Below, piece after piece: positions 35,522 to 36,399 of a stretch of 36,399 bases of DNA. The stretch covers positions 1 to 36,399 of the forward strand of contig JBMFNW010000003.1 in the NCBI GenBank assembly GCA_049969975.1. The letters run 5' to 3'. Source of the stretch: Candidatus Nanoarchaeia archaeon (GTDB lineage Archaea > Nanobdellota > Nanobdellia > UBA10117). The notes below the pieces were generated by a model. It ran no database searches, was not told where the DNA came from, and saw only the letters and a program-made list of their open reading frames with translations. The stretch's first letter is position 1. The number at the start of each line of letters is the position of its first letter. The position numbers and the translations under genes were made by a program.

Positions 35522-35683
35522 CTATTTGGCTATCTGCAAAGCTATTAAAAAGCCAATAATCAAGCCGACCAGAAGACCTTGTAAAAACTCTTTCAATCCA
35601 TAAATCGCTTCTTCCTCTTCTTCTTTTTCTACCTCTGCACGGATTGCTTTTAAAAATTTTTCACTTGGTTTTTTTGCTGCCAT
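35522..35683 (-). CDS. Small tail-anchored membrane protein (53 aa)
   Basis: Manual translation MAAKKPSEKFLKAIRAEVEKEEEEEAIYGLKEFLQGLLVGLIIGFLIALQIAK. Shine-Dalgarno GAGGTGA just upstream, overlapping the end of the previous gene. Below the ORF-track cutoff. Confidence 0.75.
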   Translation of the reverse strand: MAAKKPSEKFLKAIRAEVEKEEEEEAIYGLKEFLQGLLVGLIIGFLIALQIAK

Positions 35684-35694
35684 GATTTTTCACC

Positions 35695-35955
35695 TCACCT
35701 CTTTTTTACTTTTTTAACCCCTCCAGGAGCAAGTTCTCGCAACTCAATCTGACCTAGTACAAACAAAGCTGCACCAAGACCGTAGAAAATCGGTATCCAA
35801 AGCAACTCTTTTCCTGCAGGTAGCGAAGCGTTTGCTATTAAAATACGAAGCGCTCCAAGTAAAGTTGCATATATTCCATAACCGACCCAAGTCGCTCCTA
35901 TAAACACTAACAGTAATCCAATAAATTCGTGGTGCCTTATATTTGTTTTAACCAT
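35695..35955 (-). CDS. Small two-TM membrane protein
   Basis: HHEFIGLLLVFIGATWVGYG and LWIPIFYGLGAALFVLGQIELRE. ATG at 35955 lies about 22 nt from a TTATAAAT box. Confidence 0.75.
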   Translation of the reverse strand: MVKTNIRHHEFIGLLLVFIGATWVGYGIYATLLGALRILIANASLPAGKELLWIPIFYGLGAALFVLGQIELRELAPGGVKKVKKR

Positions 35956-36040
35956 AAACCAAAACCTCAAATAAACTATTTATAATTAGTTAATCGATGC
36001 TAAGTAGTAATATTTTACACCATCAAAACGCTAATTAAAA

Positions 36041-36114
36041 TGGGGCCGCCAGGATTTGAACCTGGATTGTCGGTGCCCAAGACCGAAGTCCTAACCAAGT
36101 TAGACTACGGCCCC
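36041..36114 (-). tRNA. tRNA-Pro(UGG)
   Basis: Acceptor GGGGCCG/CGGCCCC, anticodon arm TCGGT-CTTGGGC-ACCGA, T-loop TTCAAAT, discriminator A. No intron. Confidence 0.96.
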
Positions 36115-36230
36115 GTCTACGATGCCATGCTTCAATTTTTAACTTTTGCAGAACTATATAAATTTTGTCTACAAGCTTTTTGATCATAATATCGAAAAGT
36201 TAAATACTTAAGCTGGGTCTTTTTTAATGT

Positions 36231-36399
36231 TTAATATACTTTTTTGCTTTTATGCGTATTATGCTTTTTATTTTTATGCTTTTTATTCTTCACATTTCTG
36301 TGCTTTGTACTTCTGTGTTTAAGACGTTTAAGTTGTTGCCGTACAATTAATGCTAGTACAATTAAAATCAAAATTATGAGCAGCCAAGTTAAGTAATTA
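36231..36399 (-). CDS. 3' end of a protein with a C-terminal TM anchor and Lys/His-rich tail, entering from beyond the window
   Basis: Manual translation ...NYLTWLLIILILIVLALIVRQQLKRLKHRSTKHRNVKNKKHKNKKHNTHKSKKVY-stop (36231-36233). Confidence 0.65.
   Translation of the reverse strand, partial: NYLTWLLIILILIVLALIVRQQLKRLKHRSTKHRNVKNKKHKNKKHNTHKSKKVY

Noticed and set aside
35522-35683. MtrF/MtrG-like methanogenesis subunit
   Set aside because: The resemblance is limited to a generic Gly-rich TM helix, and there is no mtr operon context.
1-36399. CRISPR array, IS element, integrase or provirus
   Set aside because: No regularly spaced repeats, transposase or integrase motifs, or duplicated tRNA 3' ends (att sites) were seen.

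Overview
AT-rich chromosomal segment of an archaeon. A DPANN/Nanoarchaeota-like lineage is inferred from the divergent RNA polymerase, including a bridge-helix proline, and from compact leaderless BRE/TATA promoters. Most of the window is housekeeping: mre11-rad50; the rpo5-rpo2N-rpo2C-rpo1N-rpo1C-rpl30e operon; a GT2/GtrA plus GT-C glycosylation pair; rps12-rps7-rps6e-DTD2-Sfm1-like; adk; pheS-DJ-1-pheT; a CDF transporter; ilvE; Nre; an HTH-iscS-iscU-nfu Fe-S locus; class II lysS; a CDP-alcohol phosphatidyltransferase; and three intronless tRNAs (Asp, Lys, Pro). The most striking element is a stand-alone gene at 29232-30422. It fuses a phosphothreonine-binding FHA domain to an OspF/SpvC/class III-IV lanthipeptide-synthetase-type phosphothreonine lyase domain, with no kinase or cyclase. 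It has its own promoter and is followed by a frameshifted Ser/Thr-Pro-rich mini-ORF. This suggests a candidate archaeal system that reads pThr and erases it irreversibly. Other oddities are a heavily substituted RNAP active centre, a PCNA-like short protein where nusA normally sits, and a split NifU whose BFD-like domain has no cysteines. All family assignments come from motif recognition by eye; no database searches were run.
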